DNA of 64,000 bases from Candidatus Lloydbacteria bacterium RIFCSPHIGHO2_02_FULL_50_18 (lineage in GTDB: Bacteria > Patescibacteriota > Minisyncoccia > Phycocordibacterales > UBA6899): contig MHLM01000001.1 in assembly GCA_001821395.1 (NCBI GenBank), positions 144,021 through 208,020 on the forward strand. The letters are read 5' to 3'. Position 1 is the stretch's first letter; each line of letters starts with the position of its first letter. A program made the translations under genes and the position numbers. This document shows positions 49,029 to 59,539 of the stretch, piece after piece. The notes under the pieces were generated by a model that saw nothing but the letters and a program-made list of their open reading frames with translations, was not told the DNA's origin and did no database searches.

Positions 49029-49266
49029 AAATACCCCGCCAAGATAGCGGTTTATATCAAGGCAAACAAATAGAAGGATGCTCGGGGTTACGTACTTTTG
49101 AAAGGCACATGGTCGGGCTCTCCTGCGGAGCCCGCCATCACTCTTTGCCAATTGCTCCATAAGAAATGAACGAAGCCGGAAACTCTTCAAATTTCTAGCG
49201 ACTTGCAATCTAGACGAAGTGTGCTATGGTAATATCAGATTTTTCAACCAAAGCTGGAGAATCAAA

Positions 49267-49665
49267 ATGTTCAGTGCAACACGCATCTTGAATGGGATCG
49301 TGGCGGCGTTACTACTACCAGTAAGCAGCTTCCTTATTCTGGGAACCGCCATCGGTACCGTCATGTGGTGGTCTGGTGCACAACTCGCGCTTGTGCCACT
49401 CCTTTATGTGTTTGATCTTTTTTTTCGCAGGCGAGATTCACGAAGCGATATGACTTGTTCCATTGCGTGGACCCTTCTTTTCTTGCTTGCTACCCTCAGG
49501 AGTATTACAAGATTTTCGCTTGATATTCCTCAAGAAATAGGCGGTCCATTATTTTATCTCTTTACCGCCACGGTTCTGTGCGTACTACCGCTCCTCCTCA
49601 ATGGCACCTATCTTGTGCGACTGATCCTGCAGAAACGGATCGACACGCAGTTGCCTGCAGCCTAA
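49267..49665 (+). CDS. Hypothetical membrane protein (4 TM).
   Basis: ORF. Confidence 0.4.
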   Translation: MFSATRILNGIVAALLLPVSSFLILGTAIGTVMWWSGAQLALVPLLYVFDLFFRRRDSRSDMTCSIAWTLLFLLATLRSITRFSLDIPQEIGGPLFYLFTATVLCVLPLLLNGTYLVRLILQKRIDTQLPAA

Positions 49666-49913
49666 CAATTATCACCGTCCATCTGGACGGTGATTTTTTC
49701 TTACATCCCCCGATCGAAACGCTAAATGTACTGAGACCGAGACATTGTTTTTTGGGACAATAAGGAACTCGAACGCCGTTTCCCAGAATGGATCGCAATA
49801 TTTTCAATACATTGCTCGCTGCGGCGAAGCGAGCACGACAAAAAACAGCAGACCCTTAGAGTGTTTTGAAAACATTGCAACCGAACTGGGTCTATGTTAG
49901 GATTTCCCCACGT

Positions 49914-50168
49914 ATGAAAATCATCGCAGAAGTCAAAAAACAAGGGAGCGAATCAGGGGCGGCAATTATCCGTCGTTTTACTAAACGCGTTCAGGGAACA
50001 AAGGCGCTCATCAAAGTGCGCGCAGATCGTTACTTTACTCGCAAATTGTCCAAATTAAAGACGAAGCGCCGTGCGCTTGTCTCTATGGGTATGCGCGCGA
50101 ATTACGATAAACTGAAAAAACTTGGCAAGATCCCCGACAAAGTGGAAGGTCGCCATGCCCACAAGTAA
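49914..50168 (+). CDS. rpsU: 30S ribosomal protein S21 (IEVK ... AIIRRFTKR ... basic tail).
   Basis: S21-like pattern and rpsU-ybeY synteny. Confidence 0.55.
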   Translation: MKIIAEVKKQGSESGAAIIRRFTKRVQGTKALIKVRADRYFTRKLSKLKTKRRALVSMGMRANYDKLKKLGKIPDKVEGRHAHK

Positions 50169-50565
50169 GAGCCCGGCATCATTTGCGATCACACAACTCT
50201 CAAAAGACAGGGTTCCTCCCCTGCCTTTTTTGGCATTAAAAGAAAAAGTGCTTGGAAAAAAATATAACCTTTCTCTCGCCATTGTCGGTGATGCGCGCGC
50301 AAGGGCGCTCAATATGAAATATAGAAATAAAGAGTACACGCCAAACGTGCTCTCGTTTCCCATCGACAAAATGAACGGGGAGATCTTTATGAACCTCAAA
50401 CAAGCAAAGCGTGAACATCGCGCGCGAGGTGAATCGTTCGAGTACTTTGTGGCACTCCTGTTTATCCACTCCATGCTCCATTTGATTGGGAAGCGTCATG
50501 GCAGTACAATGGAAGGTGAAGAGCAAAAACTTCTCAACGCCTTCAAGATCAAAAACATTCTTTGA
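50155..50565 (+). CDS. ybeY: Endoribonuclease YbeY (zinc motif HSMLHLIGKRH).
   Basis: H-x3-H-x5-H motif. Confidence 0.7.
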   Translation: MPTSKSPASFAITQLSKDRVPPLPFLALKEKVLGKKYNLSLAIVGDARARALNMKYRNKEYTPNVLSFPIDKMNGEIFMNLKQAKREHRARGESFEYFVALLFIHSMLHLIGKRHGSTMEGEEQKLLNAFKIKNIL

Positions 50566-50605
50566 ACTTATCCGGCGCTGACTCGTATCACTCCTAATTT
50601 TAAAC

Positions 50606-51784
50606 ATGGCCAAGCGTATTATTTCCGGAATAGACATCGGCACACACACCGTTCGTGTGGTCATTGCTGAGCATACCGATGGTGGCGGACTGCCGCACAT
50701 TCTTGGTGTGGGAAAGGCAGAATCACGAGGCCTTCGACATGGCTACATCATCAATATTTCCGATGCAATAAAAGGAGTGAGAACGGCAGTCGAGCAAGCG
50801 GAACAATCAGCGGGTGTGCGTATTCGGGAGGCGTATATTTCTATCGGCGGAGTCGGACTTGAAGGAACACAAACAACCGGAGCGGCGATCATCTCGCGAG
50901 CAGATTCTGAGATCACCGAGGCTGACGTCGAACGTGCACATCGCGCATGTGAACAAAATCTGGTAAATGCCGCCAACAAAAAAATCCTCCACATCATACC
51001 GATCGAATACCTGATCGACGGCAAGAAGATATATGGGAGACCGGCGGGAATGAAGGGGCTCAAGCTTGAGGCAAAGTGTCTCATCGTCACATGCCTCGAA
51101 CAGCACTTAAGCGACCTCATTCGCGCCGTAGAAGAAGCGGGAATTGAGCCGGTTGACGCTTGTGCCTCTCCTATTGCTGCGTCATTTGTTGCGCTCACAA
51201 AAGCACAACGCATGGCAGGCGTCATTCTGGCAAATATCGGAGCAGAAACGATCTCTATTGTTGTATATGAAGAAGGAATACCTATTTCCCTGGAAGTATT
51301 CCCCATCGGCTCGACCGACATTACGAACGACATCGCGCTCGGACTAAAAATACCACTCGAAGAAGCGGAGCTAATCAAGCTCGGAAAGAAAGCGCACGAG
51401 TTCCCCAAAAAGAAATTGAACGACATCATTCTTTCTCGTCTTGAAGATATGTTCAGTCTCGTTATCGCACATTTAAAAAAGATCGGGAAGCATGAACTCT
51501 TGCCTGCCGGCATCGTGCTCACGGGTGGCGGGTCGGGCATCGAAACGATCGAGGACTTTGCTCGTGCAGCAATGCGACTCCCATCCACGATCCCCACCAA
51601 TACGATCGATTTCACCAATAACCCCAAATCAAAAAAACAGATAAAAGATACGTCTTGGTTCGTCGCGTATGGACTTGCCATTTGGGGTGCGACCAATGAT
51701 CGCCCGTCCATGGCCGCTGCAGGAAATTTCTTGAACAACATAAAAGCGATGGCGTCCAATCTCTTGAAGCAACTGATGCCGTAA
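50606..51784 (+). CDS. ftsA: Cell division protein FtsA (actin-like ATPase).
   Basis: N-terminal GIDIGT motif and position before ftsZ. Confidence 0.8.
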   Translation: MAKRIISGIDIGTHTVRVVIAEHTDGGGLPHILGVGKAESRGLRHGYIINISDAIKGVRTAVEQAEQSAGVRIREAYISIGGVGLEGTQTTGAAIISRADSEITEADVERAHRACEQNLVNAANKKILHIIPIEYLIDGKKIYGRPAGMKGLKLEAKCLIVTCLEQHLSDLIRAVEEAGIEPVDACASPIAASFVALTKAQRMAGVILANIGAETISIVVYEEGIPISLEVFPIGSTDITNDIALGLKIPLEEAELIKLGKKAHEFPKKKLNDIILSRLEDMFSLVIAHLKKIGKHELLPAGIVLTGGGSGIETIEDFARAAMRLPSTIPTNTIDFTNNPKSKKQIKDTSWFVAYGLAIWGATNDRPSMAAAGNFLNNIKAMASNLLKQLMP

Positions 51785-51931
51785 CAGCAGAGCGCCTTGG
51801 CAACCGATCATTTATGATCTGTATAACAGCCTGCTCCCCGAGCGTTCGCTTTCCTTCTCTTTTTTGTTATACTCTAGGGTATTATCGACTAATTCAGCAC
51901 GGGTGGAGCCGTGTCATTAATACGTATTATC

Positions 51932-53179
51932 ATGCCCAAAGTTAATCCGGAGATCGAAGCTTTTGCCCGCATCAAGGTTGTTGGTATTGGAGGTTCAGGA
52001 AGGAATGCAGTCAATCACATGGTGCGTTCAAAGGTGAACGGTGTCGAATTTATCGTTGCGAACACTGATGCGCAAGACCTGCACAATTCGCTCGCGTCGA
52101 AAAAGATCCATATCGGAAAAAATCTTACACGCGGACTCGGTACGGGAATGAATCCCGAGCTCGGTAAGCGCGCCGCAGAAGAGACAAAGGAGGAGATCCA
52201 GGAAGCGCTCAAGGGGGCAGACATGGTCTTCATCGCGAGCGGAATGGGTGGTGGTACGGGCACCGGTGCATCCCCCGTCTTTGCACGTACTGCACGCGAG
52301 CTGAACGCACTCACTATCGGCGTCGTCACGAAACCTTTCTTCTTTGAAGGTACGCAGCGTATGTTCCTCGCAGACAAAGGTCTTGAGGCACTTGAGGCTG
52401 AAGTAGATGCGCTTATCGTCATTCCGAATGATAAACTGCTCAATAACTCCAAAGACACGACCGTCCTCAATGCATTCGCTCAATGCGATGAAGTGCTTCG
52501 TCAGGCGGTCGAAGGTATCTCCGACCTGATCACCACGCCGGGCCTCATCAACGTCGACTTTGCAGACATCAAAGCTGTCATGGCCGATGCGGGAACCGCA
52601 CTCATGGGTATCGGTCTTGCGTCCGGTGAAAATCGCGCGGTTGAAGCGGCGCGGATCGCGATCAACTCTCCGCTCCTCGACGTTTCGATCAACGGAGCAC
52701 GCGGAGTACTATTTGCGATCGCGGGCGGCGAGGATATGACCATGAGTGAGATTCAGGAAGCGGCAAAAGTGATTACAGAATCCGTTGACGCGAACGCTCG
52801 CGTCATATTCGGAGCGATCATCGATAGTAAATTGCGCAAAGGTGAACTCAAGATTACCGTCATTGCTTCCGGCTTCCCTGAAACAGGACGAGCTTCAAAA
52901 AATCAGCAGAAAACGATCGAAAACAAAACTGAGGAATCCGAGGATGACGAGGCTAATGAAGATACGCTTTTCGCGCCAAAAGAAGAAAAATTTGCAGACA
53001 TGGTGCGCAAAGATAAGAGTGGTGCCGAACGCGCGATCTTCAATACTATTCCCGAAGAGAAGCAGCGTGTCGTCTCGGTAAAGCGTGAAGAAGCACAGCC
53101 AAAATTCGAAGCGGAAGACGAAGAGGATGACGACTTGGGAGTGATACCCTCATTCCTTCGCCGCTCCAAGCTTCGCTAA
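51932..53179 (+). CDS. ftsZ: Cell division protein FtsZ (GGGTGTG).
   Basis: Tubulin signature. Confidence 0.9.
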   Translation: MPKVNPEIEAFARIKVVGIGGSGRNAVNHMVRSKVNGVEFIVANTDAQDLHNSLASKKIHIGKNLTRGLGTGMNPELGKRAAEETKEEIQEALKGADMVFIASGMGGGTGTGASPVFARTARELNALTIGVVTKPFFFEGTQRMFLADKGLEALEAEVDALIVIPNDKLLNNSKDTTVLNAFAQCDEVLRQAVEGISDLITTPGLINVDFADIKAVMADAGTALMGIGLASGENRAVEAARIAINSPLLDVSINGARGVLFAIAGGEDMTMSEIQEAAKVITESVDANARVIFGAIIDSKLRKGELKITVIASGFPETGRASKNQQKTIENKTEESEDDEANEDTLFAPKEEKFADMVRKDKSGAERAIFNTIPEEKQRVVSVKREEAQPKFEAEDEEDDDLGVIPSFLRRSKLR

Positions 53180-53342
53180 TAAATTTTGCGAGCTGCTTCG
53201 TTGTCTGCGACGATCGATCCGGAGAACTTATAGGAGTAAGTCCTCTCGGATACGCTCGTCTTGACGCCTTGTATCTCATCAAATTTTATTAAGCGAACGC
53301 GTGCTGGTTTTTCAATATAACTTTTATTTTTAATTATTTTTT

Positions 53343-54266
53343 ATGTACGACTTAGTGATTATTGGAGGAGGACCGGGCGGTGTGGCTGCGGGAGTATACG
53401 CGGCACGCAAGCGTTTAAAAACACTATTCATCACCTTTGACTGGGGCGGGCAATCGACGGTATCCCCCGGTATACAGAACTGGATCGGTACGATAAATAT
53501 TCCCGGAGCCGAACTCGCAGAGAAACTGAAAGCCCACTTAGATGCATATAGGTCTGACATCGTAGAGATCAGAGAACATGAACTCGTTACAAAAATTGAG
53601 AAAACTGAGCATGGTTTCACTGCAACCACCGATGCGGGAGGATCATACGAAACAAAGACCGTACTCGTGACGTCAGGAAGTAAGCGCCGAAAGCTTGAAA
53701 TTCCTGGTGCTGATAAATTTGAACATAAGGGAATCACGTATTGCGCATCATGCGATGGTCCCATGTTTGCCGACCAGGATGTTGTTGTTATCGGCGGAGG
53801 GAATGCGGGTTTTGAAACAGCAGCGCAACTCCTTGCATACGCAAAGAGCGTCACACTTCTTCAGCGCGGCGTAGAATATCGCGCAGACCCAGTGACGGTT
53901 CAGAAAGTACTTTCGAACCCAAAAATGAAAGGTATCACCAATACGGAACTGCTCGAAGTGAAAGGCGGTAATTTCGTCACAGGCCTTACTTACAAAGATC
54001 TGACAGATGGGCAGACGAAGGAGATTCCCTGCAGCGGGATATTTGTTGAAGTCGGTCTCGTTCCGGCAACAGACTATATCAAAGAACTTGTCCCTCTCAA
54101 CAAATACGGACAGGTCATCACCGATCCCCGCACGCAACAAACGCAAACCCCCGGTATTTGGGCAGCGGGCGACTGCACTGATGGTCTCTATCATCAAAAC
54201 AATATTGCCACAGGTGACGGTGTGCGCGCTCTTGAGGATATCTACATGCACATCCACGCAAAATGA
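53343..54266 (+). CDS. trxB: Thioredoxin reductase (FAD GGGPGG; redox CASCDG).
   Basis: Motifs in the translation. Confidence 0.85.
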   Translation: MYDLVIIGGGPGGVAAGVYAARKRLKTLFITFDWGGQSTVSPGIQNWIGTINIPGAELAEKLKAHLDAYRSDIVEIREHELVTKIEKTEHGFTATTDAGGSYETKTVLVTSGSKRRKLEIPGADKFEHKGITYCASCDGPMFADQDVVVIGGGNAGFETAAQLLAYAKSVTLLQRGVEYRADPVTVQKVLSNPKMKGITNTELLEVKGGNFVTGLTYKDLTDGQTKEIPCSGIFVEVGLVPATDYIKELVPLNKYGQVITDPRTQQTQTPGIWAAGDCTDGLYHQNNIATGDGVRALEDIYMHIHAK

Positions 54267-54319
54267 TTTTCTTGCATAAAAAAACCCCGCTGATCGGCGG
54301 GGTTTTACTGTCTTCGAAA

Positions 54320-55960
54320 TTATTTTCCGGCTTTTTGAGATGCTTTCGGCTCCTTGTCCGACATCTTCAATACCTTTTTGACACGTTCGAGTCGAAGGTA
54401 TTCCACGTGGTCCATCGCTTTGACTGCGTCCCGTGCCTTTTCGCCAAAGAGATACAAGGCTGGGTCGCGTTCAATTAACGGTGCCCGTGTCGCGCTCGGG
54501 TCGCTTGATGCTCCCCCTGAGACAATAGCCCCATCGAGGTCACACTCATGGATATCCTTTTTCTGATCGATAACGCCTTCTATGTCGTAATCAATATCAG
54601 GATCGATGCCCTTGCATTGAACAGCGACGTAACTTGTCGGAGAACCGAGGAGATATTCAGCCTCATTCAAACGAACATAGCTGCCATCGCCAAATGGTCC
54701 GATGTTCTGCATCGAGCCTTTTCGCCATGTCCCCTTGCCGATGATCACGCACCTGCCAAGCTTCTTCAGGTCCCCAGCAAAGATCTCCGCGGCTGATGCT
54801 GAACTACCGTTAATGAGCACTGCGCATGCGAGACCATTCGTGATATCGCCACGTTGAGGTTCCGGAATTCTCTCACCGGCTACCGTACCGTATGCATGAA
54901 CACCATTGTTATCGCGGATCGATACCAATGGATCAGTGCTGTCTGCTATCGCGTCAACTGCTTCGTAGGCCTCGGTCAGCAACCCCCCGGGATTGTTTCG
55001 GACATCAAAAATGATCCCCTTCACACCCGAATGTCGAGCGAGCATTTGCTTCACTGACTCGACCATTTTTGAACGTAGCGCAGTCCCGAATTGGACGAGT
55101 TCCACATAGGCGTACTTGGCATTTGGATCGTTCGGCATCCTGAGGATCCGTGTCTTCACCATCGGGACCTTGATTGAGGCACGCACGACAGTGATAGTGA
55201 GGAGTTGATCTTTGTCTCCTCTCAAAATCTCAAGGATGACGGGTGTGTTCGGCTTACCGGCGATCTGTCCGATCGCTGCTTCCATATCAGGAAGAGAAGT
55301 GGTTAACACACGTTTATTACCGTTCACAATGGCGACGATTCGATCACCATCTTTTACCCCAGCCTTTTCTGCGGGTGATCCTTCCATGACATGAACGACA
55401 CCAATTGCCCGCTCATCGGTAAATCCAAAATGTACACCGATCCCCTGCATATCCCCTGACATGCTTTTCATGAATGCAGCAGATTCTTCTTCGTTCATGT
55501 AACCTGAATGCGGGTCGCGTGACGAAAGAATACTGTGATACACGCCGTTCATGCAGGTCTTGAAGTCCACTATCTGCGGCTCGATCACGCACGAGAGCTG
55601 AATGACATCAAACAATTTAAACACCAGAGCCGAAAGGTGGATCTGTTGCGCGGTCATGTTTTCACCGAATTGTTGGGGATGCCGTGCTGCAAACGTTTGC
55701 TCAAGCTCCCGAAGGACCTCTTCCTGGCGATCAGAAGACATATTCCGATCCGATAGGATCTTACGAACGACCTTGTCCACGCACACATCATCATCGGTGA
55801 TAGCGGGGTAAATATTGCAAGCCATGACCGTCAGTGAGACAGCCTTTTGGGACAATACCGCATCGGGCGAATCTTCGGGCGTTCTAGCCCATGCGGTAGT
55901 GGCCATGAACACGTATGACATCACGACCAATGCCACGATACTCCGGAGAGTTGTTTTCAT
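54320..55960 (-). CDS. C-terminal processing (tail-specific) protease, S41 family, with a PDZ domain (FDVRNNPGG).
   Basis: S41 motif and PDZ. Confidence 0.8.
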   Translation of the reverse strand: MKTTLRSIVALVVMSYVFMATTAWARTPEDSPDAVLSQKAVSLTVMACNIYPAITDDDVCVDKVVRKILSDRNMSSDRQEEVLRELEQTFAARHPQQFGENMTAQQIHLSALVFKLFDVIQLSCVIEPQIVDFKTCMNGVYHSILSSRDPHSGYMNEEESAAFMKSMSGDMQGIGVHFGFTDERAIGVVHVMEGSPAEKAGVKDGDRIVAIVNGNKRVLTTSLPDMEAAIGQIAGKPNTPVILEILRGDKDQLLTITVVRASIKVPMVKTRILRMPNDPNAKYAYVELVQFGTALRSKMVESVKQMLARHSGVKGIIFDVRNNPGGLLTEAYEAVDAIADSTDPLVSIRDNNGVHAYGTVAGERIPEPQRGDITNGLACAVLINGSSASAAEIFAGDLKKLGRCVIIGKGTWRKGSMQNIGPFGDGSYVRLNEAEYLLGSPTSYVAVQCKGIDPDIDYDIEGVIDQKKDIHECDLDGAIVSGGASSDPSATRAPLIERDPALYLFGEKARDAVKAMDHVEYLRLERVKKVLKMSDKEPKASQKAGK

Positions 55961-56224
55961 GGTAATCTCCTTTCAAAAAACTTCACTTGTTCCTTATTTA
56001 CCCTATACCAGTTTCAAAATATTGCAAGAGAATTGTCAATAATCAAAAAATAGACGCAAAATTATCGCTTTTGGTGTCTGTCGGTCATTGATTTTTTCTG
56101 CTAAGTTTCCGAAACATTACCTCAAATACAACCGCGCAAACGGAGTCTTGCGGAGACTATGAAAATAGAGATTGTCCTACAACGCACGATATGTTAGTAT
56201 CTCCTTATTCAGATAAACGATATT

Positions 56225-56297
56225 GGGCGGTTAGCTCAGTTGGTAGAGCGCCACTTTGACGTAGTGGATGTCAGAGGTTCGACTCCTCTATCGCCCA
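56225..56297 (+). tRNA. tRNA-Val(GAC).
   Basis: Hand-folded. Loop uuGACgu, T-arm agagg-ttcgact-cctct. Confidence 0.8.
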
Positions 56298-56600
56298 CAA
56301 GAAAAAGCCCCATTGGGGGCTTTTGATTTGTGGGCGAAGAAAGCCAACTGCTTGGCTTTCGCTGGAGGAGTCGAAAAGCTTGGTGATGTTTTTGAGAAAT
56401 TCATATTTTGAAAAAACCACCAAAGTATACTGTCCCCGTAGGGGAAGACTCCTCGATTCGTGACCGACTATTCTGTTGTCTGCATGACTTTCGTTAGAGG
56501 AGTCGAAGACCTTCTCCCATATTTTTGAGGATTTCCTAATCTAAAAAATGTGAAAGGGGTACTGACGCAGTAGGCGTTGAATCTCCTCTATCACCCACGC
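56298..56600 (+). repeat. tRNA-linked elements, 2 units. Terminator aaaaagccccattgggggcttttt. Mirror tgtgggcga[agaaagccaactgcttggctttcgc]tggaggagtcgaa. Unit 1 core GTATACTGTCCCCGTAGGGGAAGACTCCTCGATTCGTGACC. Unit 2 is about 80% identical to the tRNA-Lys unit and ends with a direct copy ttgaatctcctctatcacccacg.
   Basis: Read directly from the sequence. Confidence 0.7.
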
Positions 56601-56691
56601 AGCGACAAAGAAATTATCTGTACCAAGACCTCTTTACATACTAATCCTGAATGCTATGCTTTCACAGGATTGCAACAATGGGTGGACAAAT

Positions 56692-56943
56692 ATGAATCGC
56701 ACATGGAAAGCTTTTTTAGCGAGCATTTTTTTGGGGATTCTCATTGGGATCGGAATATACATGCTCACGGGCAACATGCAGGCAACATTATTTCTCGGGG
56801 TTGGCATCTGGGGCGTCGCGTATTTCATTTGCGTAGGAATCACCTCAATGGCCGCTTCGCTCTCAAAGATCAGGAGTCTTATCGAAAAGCAATGCTCGAA
56901 ATATCAGTCATGTCAGTGCAAAAATGATGCAAAACCGGATTAA
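56692..56943 (+). CDS. Small hypothetical membrane protein (2 TM, C-terminal Cys cluster).
   Basis: ORF. Confidence 0.3.
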   Translation: MNRTWKAFLASIFLGILIGIGIYMLTGNMQATLFLGVGIWGVAYFICVGITSMAASLSKIRSLIEKQCSKYQSCQCKNDAKPD

Positions 56944-57010
56944 CTCCGGTTTTTTATTGGGGCAGACGCTCATTGAACCTCCACTCTTCCTATGCTAGTA
57001 TTTCATCATC

Positions 57011-57084
57011 GCATCCTTAGCTCAGTTGGTTAGAGCATTGCATTCACATTGCAGGGGTCGGAGGTTCGAATCCTCCAGGGTGCA
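57011..57084 (+). tRNA. tRNA-Val(CAC). CCA is encoded.
   Basis: Hand-folded. Loop uuCACau, T-arm ggagg-ttcgaat-cctcc. Confidence 0.75.
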
Positions 57085-57087
57085 CCA

Positions 57088-57425
57088 ACCTAGGACGCAA
57101 CTGCTTGCGTCCGTGGAGGATTTGAAAGGATTTTCATTATCGAGTCCGCGAGGTTGAAAATCACCTGCGGCGGTAGCCGAGAATCCTCCAGGGTGCACAA
57201 ATCAGACACAAAACCTTCCCTGCGGAAGGTTTTGTGTCTGATTTGTGAGACAGAGTCATGTTTTTTCAGCAGAAAAAACAGACGAGTCGGGGTCGCGGAA
57301 ATTTTCGAGTGGCGACGAGAAATTATCTGTGACCAAGGATGGCTTTTCGTCATCGAAATACGAAACCCGTACCACTCCCGTAGGGAGAGAAATTCCTCCA
57401 GGGGTACACCATCAGCAAGAAATTC
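57088..57425 (+). repeat. tRNA-linked elements. Hairpin ggacgcaactgcttgcgtcc. Partial mirror gtggaggatttgaa. Direct copy 1 cgagaatcctccagggtgcaca. 20-bp perfect hairpin aatcagacacaaaaccttcc/ggaaggttttgtgtctgatt. Core TTGTGAGACAGAG ... GAGTCGGGGTCGCGGAAATTTTCGAGTGGCGACGAGAAATTATCTGTGACC ... CCCGTACCACTCCCGTAGGGAGAG. Direct copy 2 gaaattcctccaggggtacacc.
   Basis: Read directly from the sequence. Confidence 0.65.
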
Positions 57426-57432
57426 CTCCTTC

Positions 57433-58152
57433 CTACCTCCACTTCACCCCCTCAAACCAATCTCCCGGGCAGGTGGTCTTTGGATTCGCCATGCGATGAG
57501 GAATGATCCGATCGATTGCAACATTCGGGTAGTGTTCTTGAATGATCCTTTTTGCACCCTCTATCATAGTGTCGGGTGGTGGAGTATGTTCAAAATCCCC
57601 ATCAAGACAAATACCGATACTACGGCAATTGATACCCCAATTCCCCGCCTGCCAGCCTATCTCATCATCATTCAGCAACCGCTCCGCTGTGCCGTCCGTG
57701 CGCACGAGCCAATGATATGCATAGAATACCATCCGCCTCTTTCCTTCTTCTACTCGAAAATGATTTGACCAGACCGGAGTTCCTTCTATCTTTTTTTCCG
57801 TTGACGGGGACAGATAGGACTTCGCGTAAAGCCTGAGAAGATGCATGGCATCAAGTCGCTGCCAGGTGATCCCGCTTTCACCTTTCGTGTGGTGGATGAC
57901 AATCGTATCGAGGGGCTTCCGCTCGGCATCCCAATCCTTTCCTTCTCCCCCCAGAATAACCATTCCATCACTCAAAAGAGCCTCAAAAAAGCCGTATACC
58001 GCGTCTCGCGCCGCCTTACGGGTGCTCCGGTCGGAACCCTCGTATTTGGTCAAAATTGCTTCAAATTCGGGGTATATGACACGATACCAATCATGCCGTT
58101 TTACGGCTGCATTCTTCCACTTGTCTTGGTCAAAAAATGGACTTTCAGGCAT
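57433..58152 (-). CDS. N-acetylmuramoyl-L-alanine amidase (Amidase_2/PGRP fold; IVIHHT, AYHWLV, CPG).
   Basis: Amidase_2 motifs. Confidence 0.6.
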   Translation of the reverse strand: MPESPFFDQDKWKNAAVKRHDWYRVIYPEFEAILTKYEGSDRSTRKAARDAVYGFFEALLSDGMVILGGEGKDWDAERKPLDTIVIHHTKGESGITWQRLDAMHLLRLYAKSYLSPSTEKKIEGTPVWSNHFRVEEGKRRMVFYAYHWLVRTDGTAERLLNDDEIGWQAGNWGINCRSIGICLDGDFEHTPPPDTMIEGAKRIIQEHYPNVAIDRIIPHRMANPKTTCPGDWFEGVKWR

Positions 58153-58215
58153 ACAAAGATTATACCTGAAAACTATCGCTGAAATTAAACTGAATGCGGT
58201 TTGCCGCTGATCGCA

Positions 58216-58878
58216 CTACTCCGCTTCCTTGTCCGTGAACACGATGAGCCGATCTGCGTAACTTTTTTTTGCCTTGTTCCACACCCCGCCACAAGTAATG
58301 AGGTTAAGATGTATTCTTCCGTCGCTTGAACCAAACACCTCTCCGGCATCCGAATTTTCTTTGTACGTACGAACCTCGCGCACGACGAATGTCGTCATCG
58401 TATTTTTATCGTCAACAACGGAGAGTTTGTCTCCGCTTTGCAGTTTGTTGAGGTCATCGAATACTGCGGGTATGCCATTTTTCCATCCATAATGTCCGGC
58501 AACGACGGAGCTCCCAACCTCTCCGGGTCTTGGGCCAAACTCGAACCATGCGACATCATTTGGACCTTTTGGTACCGCCATTGCCCCGTCAGGAGTAACT
58601 CCCACAAATTCAAATGCTGCATCAACGTTGATCTTTGGTATCTTGAGTCGGATCGGAAATCCTACACTCGACTGCTCACCAAGATAAGCAAGGTCTGCAA
58701 TTGACGCAACGGCGATCGGATGCTGCGATACGCGAGTCTCATTCTGCAATAGTTGTCGAGCAAAAAAAGCCCGTCCGAAAAAACCGATCCCGGCTACCAC
58801 AACAAATCCGACCCCCACAATACTGAGGGCAACAAACGATCTTTTGAACGATTTTTTTGATTGCATGGATATGTTCAC
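58216..58878 (-). CDS. Sortase (N-terminal TM anchor; active-site LITCGG).
   Basis: TLxTC-type motif and His-containing core. Confidence 0.75.
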   Translation of the reverse strand: MNISMQSKKSFKRSFVALSIVGVGFVVVAGIGFFGRAFFARQLLQNETRVSQHPIAVASIADLAYLGEQSSVGFPIRLKIPKINVDAAFEFVGVTPDGAMAVPKGPNDVAWFEFGPRPGEVGSSVVAGHYGWKNGIPAVFDDLNKLQSGDKLSVVDDKNTMTTFVVREVRTYKENSDAGEVFGSSDGRIHLNLITCGGVWNKAKKSYADRLIVFTDKEAE

Positions 58879-58887
58879 TCCTTGATA

Positions 58888-59400
58888 CTACTGCGCCGGT
58901 GCCGATTCGCCAACAGCCTCATCTGCGATGTCGGCATCCGCATCGGCCTTGGTATGATGCACGCGTCCATCAATATGATTCGGTGGTGCATAGACCGTAT
59001 AGATCTTTAGGGCTACTGCACCGATATTTCGGAAATTATGCTTCGTACCGGGAACAACGACCACGACGTCACCCGAACTGACCGGAAACTTTTCGTCGTC
59101 AAGTATTCCTTCACCCGTACCGCTCAAGAAGAACAGCGTCTGCTCGGTATATTTATGCGTTTCCTCTCCGACCTCACCATCGGGCGGGATGCTCATGACG
59201 ACGAGTTGGCTATTTGTGCCGGTGAATAAAACGCGCCTAAAGTCTTCGTTTTCTTCCGTCTTTTTTACGATGTTTGTATGGTAGCTCATATATTGCGTAG
59301 GCTGACCGCTTATAGACGAGATCGGCTTCTTGGAGAAATTGAAACCAAGCATATCTGAGGTCAGAAAAATAATGATCAATAAAGAAAATACAATTCCCAC
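58888..59400 (-). CDS. Membrane-anchored cupin-domain protein.
   Basis: Cupin_2-like G(x)5HxH...E...G pattern. Confidence 0.5.
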   Translation of the reverse strand: MGIVFSLLIIIFLTSDMLGFNFSKKPISSISGQPTQYMSYHTNIVKKTEENEDFRRVLFTGTNSQLVVMSIPPDGEVGEETHKYTEQTLFFLSGTGEGILDDEKFPVSSGDVVVVVPGTKHNFRNIGAVALKIYTVYAPPNHIDGRVHHTKADADADIADEAVGESAPAQ

Positions 59401-59539
59401 GATACCACGATACTAATAATGATTTTCATTGTTTTCAGTTGCATATGTTTTTTCAAAGGATTCGTAGCACAAAGGCCCTGCCAACGCAGGGCCTTTCCTG
59501 CCACTAGTTACAAACTACTTCTTTGAAACAGTGTGGGGG

